A DNA stretch of 64,000 bases, from assembly GCA_023398295.1 (NCBI GenBank), contig JAEWSL010000010.1, forward strand, positions 2,268 to 66,267, given 5' to 3'. Below, in pieces: positions 1 to 8,648 of the stretch (the stretch's first letter is position 1; every line of letters begins with the position of its first letter). A program made the translations under genes and the position numbers. Source of the DNA: Elusimicrobiota bacterium (GTDB lineage Bacteria; Elusimicrobiota; Elusimicrobia; Elusimicrobiales; Elusimicrobiaceae). The notes beneath the pieces are model-generated. The model was given only the letters and a program-made list of their open reading frames with translations. It was not told the origin of the DNA and made no database searches.

Positions 1-1032
1 GAAAAAAAGCAGAAAGAAGATTTTATAAAAATCTTAGACGAAGTCAAAGCGCTCGGCTTTAATACCGTCGTTGTTCAGGTGCGGCCTACGGCGGACACTT
101 TTTGGCCCTCCTCGCTTGAGCCCTGCTCTTTTTACTTAAGCGGAAGGCAGGGCAAATGCCCCTCCTATGACGCGCTTGCTTTTATGATAGAGCAAACGCA
201 TAAGCGCGGCATGCAGTTCCACGCGTGGTTTAATCCGTTTCGCGTGGCGCAAAACCCTAAAATAAAAATGTACCCAAAGCACCCCGCGCTTCAAAACAGA
301 CAATGGGCCGTCAAATACGGCAACGAACTTTATTATAATCCGGCAAACAAGCAAGCGCGCGAACATTCCATAGCCGTAATAACCGAGGTTGTAAAAAAAT
401 ATCCTATTGACGCCGTCCATCTGGACGATTACTTTTACCCTTATCCCGTGACAAAGAAAAATAAAACCGTCCCTTTCCCCGACGCAAAAGAATATAAAGC
501 TTATTTAAGCGCGGGCGGCAAACTTTCTTTGGGAGACTGGCGGCGCGGCAACGTAAACACTTTTGTGGGGGATTTATCGCGCGAGATTAAAAAAATAAAC
601 CCTAAGATGCCCTTTGGCATAAGCCCCTTTGGGATATGGCGCAATAAAGATAAGGATAAAAGCGGCTCTGCCACCAAGGCGTTTTCTTCCTACGACAGCG
701 GCCTTTACGCCGATACAAGGCTTTGGATAGAACGCGGGTGGATAGATTACGTCGTCCCCCAGCTTTACTGGGAAAACGCGCACAAAACCGCGTCTTTTAA
801 GGTATTGCTTGACTGGTGGTCAAAGGAAATTACGCGCAATAAAAATGTTAAACTTTATATAGGCCTTGCGGCTCACAAACACGGCAATCCGTGGAATAAA
901 AAAGAACTGCAGACACAGTTAGAGCAAATTAAGAAAACCAAAAATATTGACGGCGTAATTTTCTTTAGCGCAAAACCTATTATAGAAAATCAAAGCGGCG
1001 TGCAAAAAATAATCAGGAAGGAGTTTTTATGA
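1..1032 (+). CDS. glycoside-hydrolase-like family 10 (GHL10/DUF187, YngK-like) protein, 5' end outside window
   Basis: Frame 1 is open from nt 1 (EKKQKEDFIKILDEVKALGFNTVVVQVRP...), so the listed 79..1032 ORF is only the tail. Motifs FNTVVVQVRP, MQFHAWFNPF, IDAVHLDDYFYP and VPQLYW fit the DUF187 TIM-barrel family. The stop overlaps the next start (ATGA). Confidence 0.7.
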   Translation, partial: EKKQKEDFIKILDEVKALGFNTVVVQVRPTADTFWPSSLEPCSFYLSGRQGKCPSYDALAFMIEQTHKRGMQFHAWFNPFRVAQNPKIKMYPKHPALQNRQWAVKYGNELYYNPANKQAREHSIAVITEVVKKYPIDAVHLDDYFYPYPVTKKNKTVPFPDAKEYKAYLSAGGKLSLGDWRRGNVNTFVGDLSREIKKINPKMPFGISPFGIWRNKDKDKSGSATKAFSSYDSGLYADTRLWIERGWIDYVVPQLYWENAHKTASFKVLLDWWSKEITRNKNVKLYIGLAAHKHGNPWNKKELQTQLEQIKKTKNIDGVIFFSAKPIIENQSGVQKIIRKEFL

Positions 1033-2306
1033 CAAATTTTGATACTTTATCTTTTTTTATAGGCCTTGCGGCAGGTGTTATAGGCGGGGTTGTCCTATTT
1101 AAGATTTTTACAAAAAACTCCTCCCCCGCGGACGTCGGCTATTTTAAGGACGAACTTGCAAAAAAACAAAAAACGCTGGAGGAAAAAGAACTTAAAATAA
1201 ACGAGCTTACCTCCGCCCAGGCCGCGCTTAACGCGCAGGTGCAAACGATAGAAAAACTGCAAAAAGATTTTGAAGAGCATCAAAAAAACGCCATTAAAAA
1301 TCTGGCTCAGGAGATTTTAGAAAACAAAATAAAATCTTTGGGCGAGCAGGCTAAAACGGAATTCTCGCCGCTGCGCCAAGATATAACTACTTTTCGCGCC
1401 AAGCTTGAAACCCTTGAGCAGACAAACCGCGACGGCCAGGAAAAACTAAAGCAGGAAATCAAAGATATCATCAGCTTCAGCGGCACTCTTAAGGAAACCG
1501 CAAACGATTTAACCGCCGCCTTAAAAGGCGATCCCGCCACCAAATGTATGTGGGGCGAGGTAACTTTAGCCAACTTGCTTGAGCGCGCGGGCCTGCAAAA
1601 AGAAATTGACTATCTTGAGCAGTATCCCGAGGGCCGCCACCGCCTTGACGTTTTGCTAAAGCTGCCGCAAAATAAGTGGCTTGTAATAGACTCCAAAACC
1701 ACATTTACCAATTATATGAATTACGCCGCCGCAAAAGACGAGGAGGAAAAACAAAACTACCTCGCCGCTCATATAAAGGATATAAGGGACACCATAAAAG
1801 ATTTGAGCTCAAAGAAATATTACCAGGACGCGCAAAACCCAAAATCGGCCGTCTTGGATACGGACTTTGTTTTGATGTTTGTAAACCCGCCGGCCGCCTT
1901 AGACAGCGCGCTTAACTCCGATGTTGAGCTTATAAGCGAAGCGTGGAAAAAGGGCGTCCTTTTGGTATCTGCGCCGACGCTTATTAATACCATTGAAATC
2001 GTAAAGAGGATTTGGAATATTGAAAAGCAGCGCGAGGATATGCAGCAGGTCGTTGACCTAATAAAGAAATTAAACGTTAAATTTACCAATTTCCTAAATC
2101 AGTTTTCCGTAGCTTCAAACAGGCTTGAAGAGGCCTCAAAAGCGCTGCAGACCGCGCGCGGACATATTGACGGCGACAAAGGCGCAATACTGCCCGTGAT
2201 AAACGAGATACAAACAACCTATCAGACCGAAATTGCCGATAACGGCGCAATTGCCAAAGCGGGTTTTGACTATGACGGCAAAGGCGGACAAAAAACCGAA
2301 GAGTAG
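1029..2306 (+). CDS. rmuC: DNA recombination protein RmuC
   Basis: N-terminal TM helix and a long coiled coil, followed by the RmuC core (GEVTLANLLERAGL, DVLLKLPQNKWLVIDSKTTF, VLMFVNPPAAL). AGGAAGGAG RBS; ATGA overlap with the upstream gene. Confidence 0.85.
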   Translation: MTNFDTLSFFIGLAAGVIGGVVLFKIFTKNSSPADVGYFKDELAKKQKTLEEKELKINELTSAQAALNAQVQTIEKLQKDFEEHQKNAIKNLAQEILENKIKSLGEQAKTEFSPLRQDITTFRAKLETLEQTNRDGQEKLKQEIKDIISFSGTLKETANDLTAALKGDPATKCMWGEVTLANLLERAGLQKEIDYLEQYPEGRHRLDVLLKLPQNKWLVIDSKTTFTNYMNYAAAKDEEEKQNYLAAHIKDIRDTIKDLSSKKYYQDAQNPKSAVLDTDFVLMFVNPPAALDSALNSDVELISEAWKKGVLLVSAPTLINTIEIVKRIWNIEKQREDMQQVVDLIKKLNVKFTNFLNQFSVASNRLEEASKALQTARGHIDGDKGAILPVINEIQTTYQTEIADNGAIAKAGFDYDGKGGQKTEE

Positions 2307-2322
2307 TTTTGTTGGAAACATT

Positions 2323-2796
2323 TCAAAAAGTATATACAGTATACTGAGCGCTAGAAGAAGAAGGCGTTTCTTTACCCGTCATGGCTTTGCAAAGCTTTAT
2401 GGCTCTGTTGTTTGAAGTACTCGCGTAGCATGATTTTCCTTTCCAACTATTACCAAAAAAGTATATAGTGTTGGCAAGCCCGCCGGTGTTTAATATACAT
2501 CCGCCGCTATTACCACCGGCATTAAAATAACAGTTTCCCCAATTATAAGAAACCGTACTAGAGCCTAAAGTGGCATTGCCGAAATCTATGTCAAGAAGAG
2601 CAGGGTCCGAAGTAAAAGCCGAAGCCGTAAGATAATATCGCTGTTCAGCCAAAGCTATGCTGTTGGTCAAATCCATTATTGAGGAAAACTTTGCCTTATC
2701 TCTTGCAAGCTGATATTGCGGCAGGGCAATAGCGGCAAGTATGCCGATGATTAAGACGACAATTAGCAATTCAATTAAAGTAAACCCCTTTTTCAT
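2323..2796 (-). CDS. prepilin-type N-terminal cleavage/methylation domain protein (type IV pilin / pseudopilin-like)
   Basis: N-terminus MKKGFTLIELLIVVLIIGILAAIALPQY is the canonical class III signal peptide (G/F cleavage site, E+5) plus the hydrophobic alpha-1 helix. The C-terminal part is variable and Gly/Ser/Asn-rich. Confidence 0.85.
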   Translation of the reverse strand: MKKGFTLIELLIVVLIIGILAAIALPQYQLARDKAKFSSIMDLTNSIALAEQRYYLTASAFTSDPALLDIDFGNATLGSSTVSYNWGNCYFNAGGNSGGCILNTGGLANTIYFFGNSWKGKSCYASTSNNRAIKLCKAMTGKETPSSSSAQYTVYTF

Positions 2797-2865
2797 AAAA
2801 AATCCCCTGATACTGATATAGTTAGAGTTTATTAAAATTTTACCTGACGCGCAAGATTAACAACT

Positions 2866-3082
2866 ATTATAGTGTTAAGAGCATATATCTCGGGCGCACA
2901 ATTTTCCAATTTTTTTGGCTGTGCGCTTGGGCGCACTCTTGGCAAATGGGCTAATTTACGCAAATGCCAAGCTTCGCTTTCTTTTGGCTCGCGTGCCAAC
3001 TGCATGCCAAACGCAAAGTTGCCAAAAATTGGGAAATTGTGCGCCTGAAATAAGCTTCTGTTACCAGCAAATCGCCGTTGTC
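2866..3082. mobile_element. MITE-like nested inverted-repeat element, short copy A
   Basis: Left end TATAGTGTTAAGAGCATATATCTCGGGCGCACAATTTTCC and right end GGGAAATTGTGCGCCTGAAATAAGC...CAAATCGCCGTT are inverted and match the ends of the copies at 4626, 33789 and 57980. Contains the GTGCGC-TTGG-GCGCAC palindrome module. No credible ORF. Confidence 0.55.
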
Positions 3083-3103
3083 TCAGACGAAAAAACAGGG
3101 GGG

Positions 3104-3132
3104 TTGACTTTACTCATTAGTAATGTTATCCT
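3104..3132 (+). promoter_or_regulatory. putative sigma70-type promoter of gdhA
   Basis: TTGACT (3104-3109), 17-nt spacer, TATCCT (3127-3132), about 55 nt upstream of the gdhA ATG, which has a GGAGG RBS. Sequence match only. Confidence 0.3.
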
Positions 3133-3187
3133 CAAGGTAGATGCTAAGCAATCGCTATAGCATTTTTTAATCTCAACGGAGGAACAA

Positions 3188-4537
3188 ATGTCAACAAAAG
3201 CTTATCTTCAACAGCTTATGGATAATGTGGTCAAAAAAGACCCGGCAGAAAAGCTTTTCCATCAAGCGGCAGGCGAGGTTTTGGGCACACTGGAACCTAT
3301 CCTGACGGCAGAACCGAAGTACATTAAGTATTCAGTTTTAGACAGGATGATAGAACCGGAAAGAGTAATTTATTTCCGCGTACCTTGGACGGACGATAAA
3401 GGCAATATCCGCGTTAACAGGGGCTATAGAGTGCAGTTCAACAGCGCAATAGGCCCTTACAAAGGAGGCCTGCGTTTCCACGAAACGGTAACGCTTGCAA
3501 CCTTAAAATTTTTGGCCTTTGAACAAACTTTCAAAAACAGTTTAACCGGCCTGCCGCTTGGCGGCGGAAAAGGCGGTTCGGATTTTGATTACCGTGGTAA
3601 GAGCGAAGCGGAAGTCATGCGCTTTTGCCAAAGTTTTATGAATGAGCTTTACCGTCATATAGGGGAAAGGACCGACGTTCCCGCGGGCGATCTGGGCGTG
3701 GGCGGAAGGGAAATAGGATACCTCTTCGGCCAATATAAAAAACTTACAAACAAATTTGTGGGTGTTTTAACGGGAAAAGGCCTCTCTTACGGGGGAAGCC
3801 TCTTTAGGACGGAGGCCACCGGCTACGGCGTAGTTTACTTTGCCGAAGAAATGCTTAAGCACAAAGGCCTAAGCCTTGATGGCAAGACCTGTATAATATC
3901 GGGCGCGGGCAATGTGGGCATACACACGGCGGAAAAAATTACCCAGCTTGGCGGCAAGGTTATAGGCTGCTGCGATTATGACGGCGCGCTTATTGATAAA
4001 GACGGTTTTAACGCCGAGAAAATCGCCCACCTTAAAGAGCTTGTTTTCGTCAAGAGGGTATGCTTAAGAGAATATCTTAAGAAATATCCCAAAGCGGAAT
4101 TTGCGGAAGGCAAAAAATCGTGGTTTATCCCCTGTTTTGCCGCGTTCCCTACCGCCTGCGAAAACGAACTTAAAGCGGAAGACGCCAAAGAGCTCGTCAA
4201 AAACGGCGTTAAAATGGTTTGCGAAGGCGCAAATATGCCATGCACTCCGGAAGCGGTGGAAGTCTTCCAGAAAGCGGGCATAATTTACGCCCCGGGCAAA
4301 GCGGCCAACGCCGGCGGCGTGGCCTGCAGCGGCCTTGAAATGACGCAAAATACCATACGCATAAGCTGGCTTAAGGAAGAAGTGGAACAGCAGCTTCACA
4401 GAATAATGGTAAATATACATAAGGAATGTTTGGAAGCCTCACAAAAATACGGAAAGGAAGGAGATTACCTCTTGGGCGCAAACATAGCGGGCTTCAGAAA
4501 AGTGGCCGACGCTATGATTGACCAGGGCGTCGTATAA
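3188..4537 (+). CDS. gdhA: NADP-specific glutamate dehydrogenase
   Basis: Full-length Glu/Leu/Phe/Val dehydrogenase. Has the catalytic Lys motif LPLGGGKGGSDFD and the dinucleotide fold ISGAGNVG. Hexameric GdhA size (449 aa). GGAGG RBS. Confidence 0.95.
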   Translation: MSTKAYLQQLMDNVVKKDPAEKLFHQAAGEVLGTLEPILTAEPKYIKYSVLDRMIEPERVIYFRVPWTDDKGNIRVNRGYRVQFNSAIGPYKGGLRFHETVTLATLKFLAFEQTFKNSLTGLPLGGGKGGSDFDYRGKSEAEVMRFCQSFMNELYRHIGERTDVPAGDLGVGGREIGYLFGQYKKLTNKFVGVLTGKGLSYGGSLFRTEATGYGVVYFAEEMLKHKGLSLDGKTCIISGAGNVGIHTAEKITQLGGKVIGCCDYDGALIDKDGFNAEKIAHLKELVFVKRVCLREYLKKYPKAEFAEGKKSWFIPCFAAFPTACENELKAEDAKELVKNGVKMVCEGANMPCTPEAVEVFQKAGIIYAPGKAANAGGVACSGLEMTQNTIRISWLKEEVEQQLHRIMVNIHKECLEASQKYGKEGDYLLGANIAGFRKVADAMIDQGVV

Positions 4538-4576
4538 TTTGTTTGCAATTTATTTGCAACTGCAGGCAATACTTCA

Positions 4577-4610
4577 ATACGGGCGGGATATTTCCCGCCC
4601 GTATTTTTGT
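4577..4610 (+). terminator. rho-independent terminator after gdhA
   Basis: ATACGGGCGGGA-tatt-TCCCGCCCGTAT is a perfect 12-bp stem followed by TTTT, 40 nt after the gdhA stop. Confidence 0.75.
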
Positions 4611-4625
4611 CGTAAAATATCTTTT

Positions 4626-5024
4626 TTGTGATTAACGGTATATATCTCAGGCGCACAATTCCATTTGAGCAAATTCGCGCTGCGCGACGCAGGAGCGAGG
4701 CCGTCCGTATTAGAGCGCACGCCGTTGATATAGCCGTCCGTGGAACGCTCGTTTGTATTACCTGAGCGGTTTTTCAAGTTTAAGGCAAATTTGTTTTGCG
4801 CGACGCAGGAGCGCGTGCCGTCCGTCAAATGCCCGTGCGTAATACCTTGTGTGATTTTTTGATTTTGGAGATATTTTTGATTTTTTTGCTGACGACGCGT
4901 AGGAAGAAGAACGGGAGCGTAGCGACTCTCGCTACGCTAGGAGGCAAAAAATCAAAAATAGCCCAAAAGCAGAAAATTGTACACCTGACATCGGCCAAAT
5001 ACACCACATTGCCGTTTATCGTAG
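4626..5024. mobile_element. MITE-like nested inverted-repeat element, copy B
   Basis: Ends GTGATTAACGGTATATATCTCAGGCGCACAATTCC and GAAAATTGTACACCTGACATCGGCCAAATACACCACATTGCCGTT are inverted. Internal modules are shared with copies C and D. Lies between the convergent genes gdhA and tdk. Confidence 0.55.
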
Positions 5025-5032
5025 TCTTTCCC

Positions 5033-5587
5033 TCAGTATTTGAAACACTTGGGACAGCGCGCCTCATAATCCCCCGCCCCCCCAACATAAATCCTGCTCT
5101 TAACCTCGGCGGTCCTAAACGTCCTGGTGGCGGGTTTGCCGCACTTGGTGCAGCGCGCGGCCAGTTTATCTACGGTGTCGGCCACGGCAAGGAGGCGGGC
5201 CGTGCTCTCAAAGGGCTGGGCCAGATAATCCAAATCAAGCCCGCAGCAAATGACTCTCACGCCGCGCGAGGCAAGCTCCAAAGCGACGCTTACTATTTCC
5301 TTTGAGAAGAAATTGACTTCGTCTAAAGCGACTACGTCGGTATCCTTATCAACGAGAGGCAGGATATCTTCGGCATGTTCCACGCTTTTTGCGTCCATAG
5401 TCTTTTTATCATGCGTGGCAATGCCTTTTTTTGCATAACGCTTATCCAAAAAAGAATTAAAAACCTGTACTTTTTGGCCCGCGATGCGGCTTACTTCCAC
5501 GCGGCGTATAAGTTCGGTGCTTTTCCCGCTGAACATACAGCCGCAAATTACTTCTATACCGCCGTACTCTTTTTCTTTAGTTGTCAT
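5033..5587 (-). CDS. tdk: thymidine kinase
   Basis: P-loop GCMFSGKSTELIRR and the C-terminal zinc ribbon CTKCG...CPKC. Typical TK1-type size (184 aa). Confidence 0.95.
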   Translation of the reverse strand: MTTKEKEYGGIEVICGCMFSGKSTELIRRVEVSRIAGQKVQVFNSFLDKRYAKKGIATHDKKTMDAKSVEHAEDILPLVDKDTDVVALDEVNFFSKEIVSVALELASRGVRVICCGLDLDYLAQPFESTARLLAVADTVDKLAARCTKCGKPATRTFRTAEVKSRIYVGGAGDYEARCPKCFKY

Positions 5588-5611
5588 AAAGTTTCCTCTT
5601 TTGTTAAAAAA

Positions 5612-7711
5612 TTAAAAAATATCTCTTGTAAGGTTCTCGTCGCGCCACGGATAATAATAGCTGTCTATTTTCTTTTCGGTTTCAGTCTTCTTTTTTGCGC
5701 CGCATAAAATATTTATGCGGAAGGAAAACGAAAGGTTCTGGTTCCTGTCGCGCACGCCCACCATTAAACTTACATCGTGGAAATCTTTGTAGATCTTTAT
5801 GTGTTTTGAATACGCCCAAAGAGAGTCTTTATCCCAGTCAAAATCAACGCCCATATCGGCGCGCCAGGTCATATTTTTAGGCGCAATCATAAATTTTGAG
5901 GTAAAGAGGAAACTGTTCCTGTCGGTACTGTAATTTGTAACGCCGAAGTTAAAAGAGCTGCCGCTTGCGTCCTTAAATAAAGCGTTAAGAACAAAAGCCT
6001 GATTGCCGCCTGCGATATCGTATAAATTCTGCGCGTAAAAATTTGCGCCCGTCACAGGGGAAAAATAGCCGATTTCGCCCAAAAGCGGCGTAAAGCGGTT
6101 TTTAAGACGCCAGTTCTCCTCGGTATTTCTGAGGTCGTAGCCCGTGCCGACTCTGAAATAAAAATCCTGCGCCGGCATATAATAGTTTTGGATATAGACG
6201 GTATTTATTTCCTCGCCGTTATCAATTTCCCCCGTTTCGGCATTGACGTTTTGGGAGGTAAGCGCTCCTGCAGCCGTGCGGCGCATATATTTATAGCCGA
6301 CGTCAAGAAGGCCCGTTATGAAATCAGAGCGCAAGTTCAGCTGCGCGCCGTAGCGGGAAACAAAGCGGTCCTCGTTATTATTGGTAGGATCGCGCAAAAT
6401 AACGTCCTGATGATAAAAAGCCGTCGGGGTAAGCGTGAAATTGCGGTGCAGTTTGAAATCTTTTGAAACGTCCCACTTGCCGTTCAGATATTGCACATAG
6501 TCGTAATCTTCTATCTTGGTATTATTAAGCGAAAAGGAAACATTATTGACAAGCCCCGCGCCTTTGATAACAAAAGGGTTAAAAGATAAATCCACTTTGG
6601 GCAAAATTACTTCCGCGTTGGAATAAGTTTTATCGTCGGCGTTAAGTTCGCTCCGGTTAGAATAGCTTACGCGCAGCGTGCTTGCGCCGCTTTGCCTTAC
6701 TATGGAGGCGCGCGTTAATTTATCGGGAGAAACTACGTACGGATTTGAACGGAAAAAATCATCGTTAAAATCCGCGTCGGATACCGTTCTTGTTTCAAAC
6801 TGGCTGAAGTAAAGAGCGCCGTTTTTCTCATTAAGATTGTCCGAAGAGTCGTAAACCTCCCACCAATATCCGCCGTTTACGCCCCAGCGGTTTTCTTCTT
6901 TAACCTTATCGTAAATGCTGTAAGCTTGAAGAGAGCCGCGGAATTTTTGCGGGTCCAGATAAGCGGCCTGCGCGCCGTAGCCAAAGCCCGAACGCGTGTA
7001 ATAATCCAAATTAGCCGTAGCGCTGAAAGCCCCGCGCGAGAAAACATTTGAAGTAAGAAAGCCAAACCCCGTGTTATCGCTTTGGTCAAAATCAAGATAG
7101 GTGGTATAGAGGCGGTCCTCGTTCAAAGAACGGTAAACAAAAGGCAGATAAAAAACCGGTATTTTGCCTATCTTAACTACGGCGTTTGTGGCAAAAATGC
7201 GTTTGCCCGGTACAAGGTCGGCAGAACCCACTTCAAGCGTATAATGCGGATTTTCAAGCGAACAACAGGTAACTTTTGCGTCGCGCAAAATATATTTGCC
7301 GTCCCGGTTTTCAATGCTCTTGGCGGATAAAATCCTTATCGGTTTATAGTCGGCTGCTATATCCTGCATAAGCAGTCTGCGCGATTTAAGGTCAAAGCGG
7401 ATATTCTGAGAGGTAAATATGCCCTTTTCGTCTTCTATTACCGCGGGGCCTTTTGTGGCAAGCACCTGTTCGTTTATATAGAGCTGCAAGGCGTCCGCCT
7501 TGATTTTTTGCTTGGATTTAGAATCGTCAAAAAGTATTTCCACATTGCCTTTAAGTTCGGCAACGCCGTTTTCCTTATCGTAGAGCACTTGGTCTGCGGT
7601 AAAATAAATAAACTGGTTTTTTGTAGGGGAAGGCAAAGCAAAATCCTGCGCGCAAAAAGCGCGCAGGGCGCAAAAGAAAAACATAAATAATAAAAGAGTT
7701 TTATTTTTCAT
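5612..7711 (-). CDS. lptD: LPS-assembly outer-membrane protein LptD (OstA family)
   Basis: Signal peptide, an OstA-like N-terminal domain (FTADQVLYDKENGVAELKGNVEILFDD), then a large beta-barrel region with the LptD-like segment IGKIPVFYLPFVYRS. Confidence 0.75.
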   Translation of the reverse strand: MKNKTLLLFMFFFCALRAFCAQDFALPSPTKNQFIYFTADQVLYDKENGVAELKGNVEILFDDSKSKQKIKADALQLYINEQVLATKGPAVIEDEKGIFTSQNIRFDLKSRRLLMQDIAADYKPIRILSAKSIENRDGKYILRDAKVTCCSLENPHYTLEVGSADLVPGKRIFATNAVVKIGKIPVFYLPFVYRSLNEDRLYTTYLDFDQSDNTGFGFLTSNVFSRGAFSATANLDYYTRSGFGYGAQAAYLDPQKFRGSLQAYSIYDKVKEENRWGVNGGYWWEVYDSSDNLNEKNGALYFSQFETRTVSDADFNDDFFRSNPYVVSPDKLTRASIVRQSGASTLRVSYSNRSELNADDKTYSNAEVILPKVDLSFNPFVIKGAGLVNNVSFSLNNTKIEDYDYVQYLNGKWDVSKDFKLHRNFTLTPTAFYHQDVILRDPTNNNEDRFVSRYGAQLNLRSDFITGLLDVGYKYMRRTAAGALTSQNVNAETGEIDNGEEINTVYIQNYYMPAQDFYFRVGTGYDLRNTEENWRLKNRFTPLLGEIGYFSPVTGANFYAQNLYDIAGGNQAFVLNALFKDASGSSFNFGVTNYSTDRNSFLFTSKFMIAPKNMTWRADMGVDFDWDKDSLWAYSKHIKIYKDFHDVSLMVGVRDRNQNLSFSFRINILCGAKKKTETEKKIDSYYYPWRDENLTRDIF

Positions 7712-8648
7712 CAGCCTTGGATAAAGCGTACAGCGCCGCGCCGACGCCGCCTATATTGCACTCCCTTGAAGTAAAAACTTTAAGCTTCTTAAACGGGGTT
7801 GAAATCGGCTGGGCCTTAAATATTTCCTTTATGGCGGGCATGAAATATTTTGCTCCGCGCGAAATGCCTCCGGTTAAAATAACAGCGTCGGGATTAAGCA
7901 AAAGCACCATATTTGTAAGCCCGCGGCCTATATAACGGCCGATAACCTCCCAAAGTTTAAGGGCTACTTCGTCGCCTTCGGAAGCGGCCTGCGACAATAA
8001 GCGAACGGAGAAGTCTTCCGTCTTAAGAAGGCGCGCCAGGGCAGACTCCGGATATTTGACGGCGGCGTCCTCGCAGAGGCGCAAAATGCCTTTTGTGCCG
8101 GCAAAACTCTCAAGACAGCCCCTCTCGCCGAAACCGCAGGCGGGGGCGTCGGGGGAATAATCTATTTTTATATGTCCTATCTCTCCGGCCGAGCCCGTTG
8201 CTCCCTGATAAAGCTCCCCGTTCAAAATAAGACCGCCGCCTATTCCCGTGCCTAAAGTTAAGATTATAAGATTTTTATATTTTTTCTTAAACTCTTTGTC
8301 GTAGACGCCCCAGGCGGCCATATTGGCGTCGTTTGAAACAAAGCATTTGCAGTTTGTAAGCGCGCTTAAAGTTTCGGCTATCTTAAGATTGCGCCACGGC
8401 AAATTAGGAGCGTAACGCAAAACGCCTTCCACATGGTCGGTATCACCCGCCACGCCTACGCCTAAGACGCATTGCGAGCCAAAATCTTTGCGCCACCCGT
8501 TTACGATATGCGCAAGCTGGGATAAAAACGCCGCCGCTTTTAACGTTACGTATGTGGGCACTTTATCTTTTTTAATAATCTTGCCGCTTTCGTTTACGGC
8601 GAAAAATTTGACGAAAGTTCCTCCGATGTCAATGCCTATTGCTATCAT
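7701..8648 (-). CDS. glk: ROK-family glucokinase
   Basis: N-terminal ATP-binding motif IGIDIGGT, LTLGTGIGGG, and the ROK zinc/Cys motif ACGFGERGCLE. 4-nt overlap with xerC and 11-nt overlap with lptD. Confidence 0.8.
   Translation of the reverse strand: MIAIGIDIGGTFVKFFAVNESGKIIKKDKVPTYVTLKAAAFLSQLAHIVNGWRKDFGSQCVLGVGVAGDTDHVEGVLRYAPNLPWRNLKIAETLSALTNCKCFVSNDANMAAWGVYDKEFKKKYKNLIILTLGTGIGGGLILNGELYQGATGSAGEIGHIKIDYSPDAPACGFGERGCLESFAGTKGILRLCEDAAVKYPESALARLLKTEDFSVRLLSQAASEGDEVALKLWEVIGRYIGRGLTNMVLLLNPDAVILTGGISRGAKYFMPAIKEIFKAQPISTPFKKLKVFTSRECNIGGVGAALYALSKADEK

Noticed and set aside
2915-3160. 81-aa ORF inside repeat copy A
   Set aside because: It starts inside the palindromic module and crosses the right terminal repeat. 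It is not conserved in the homologous parts of copies C and D, where indels break the frame, and it has no RBS.
4796-5305. 169-aa plus-strand ORF spanning repeat copy B and running antisense into tdk
   Set aside because: The first half is translated repeat DNA and the second half is the reverse strand of a well-supported tdk. There is no RBS and the sequence is low complexity.
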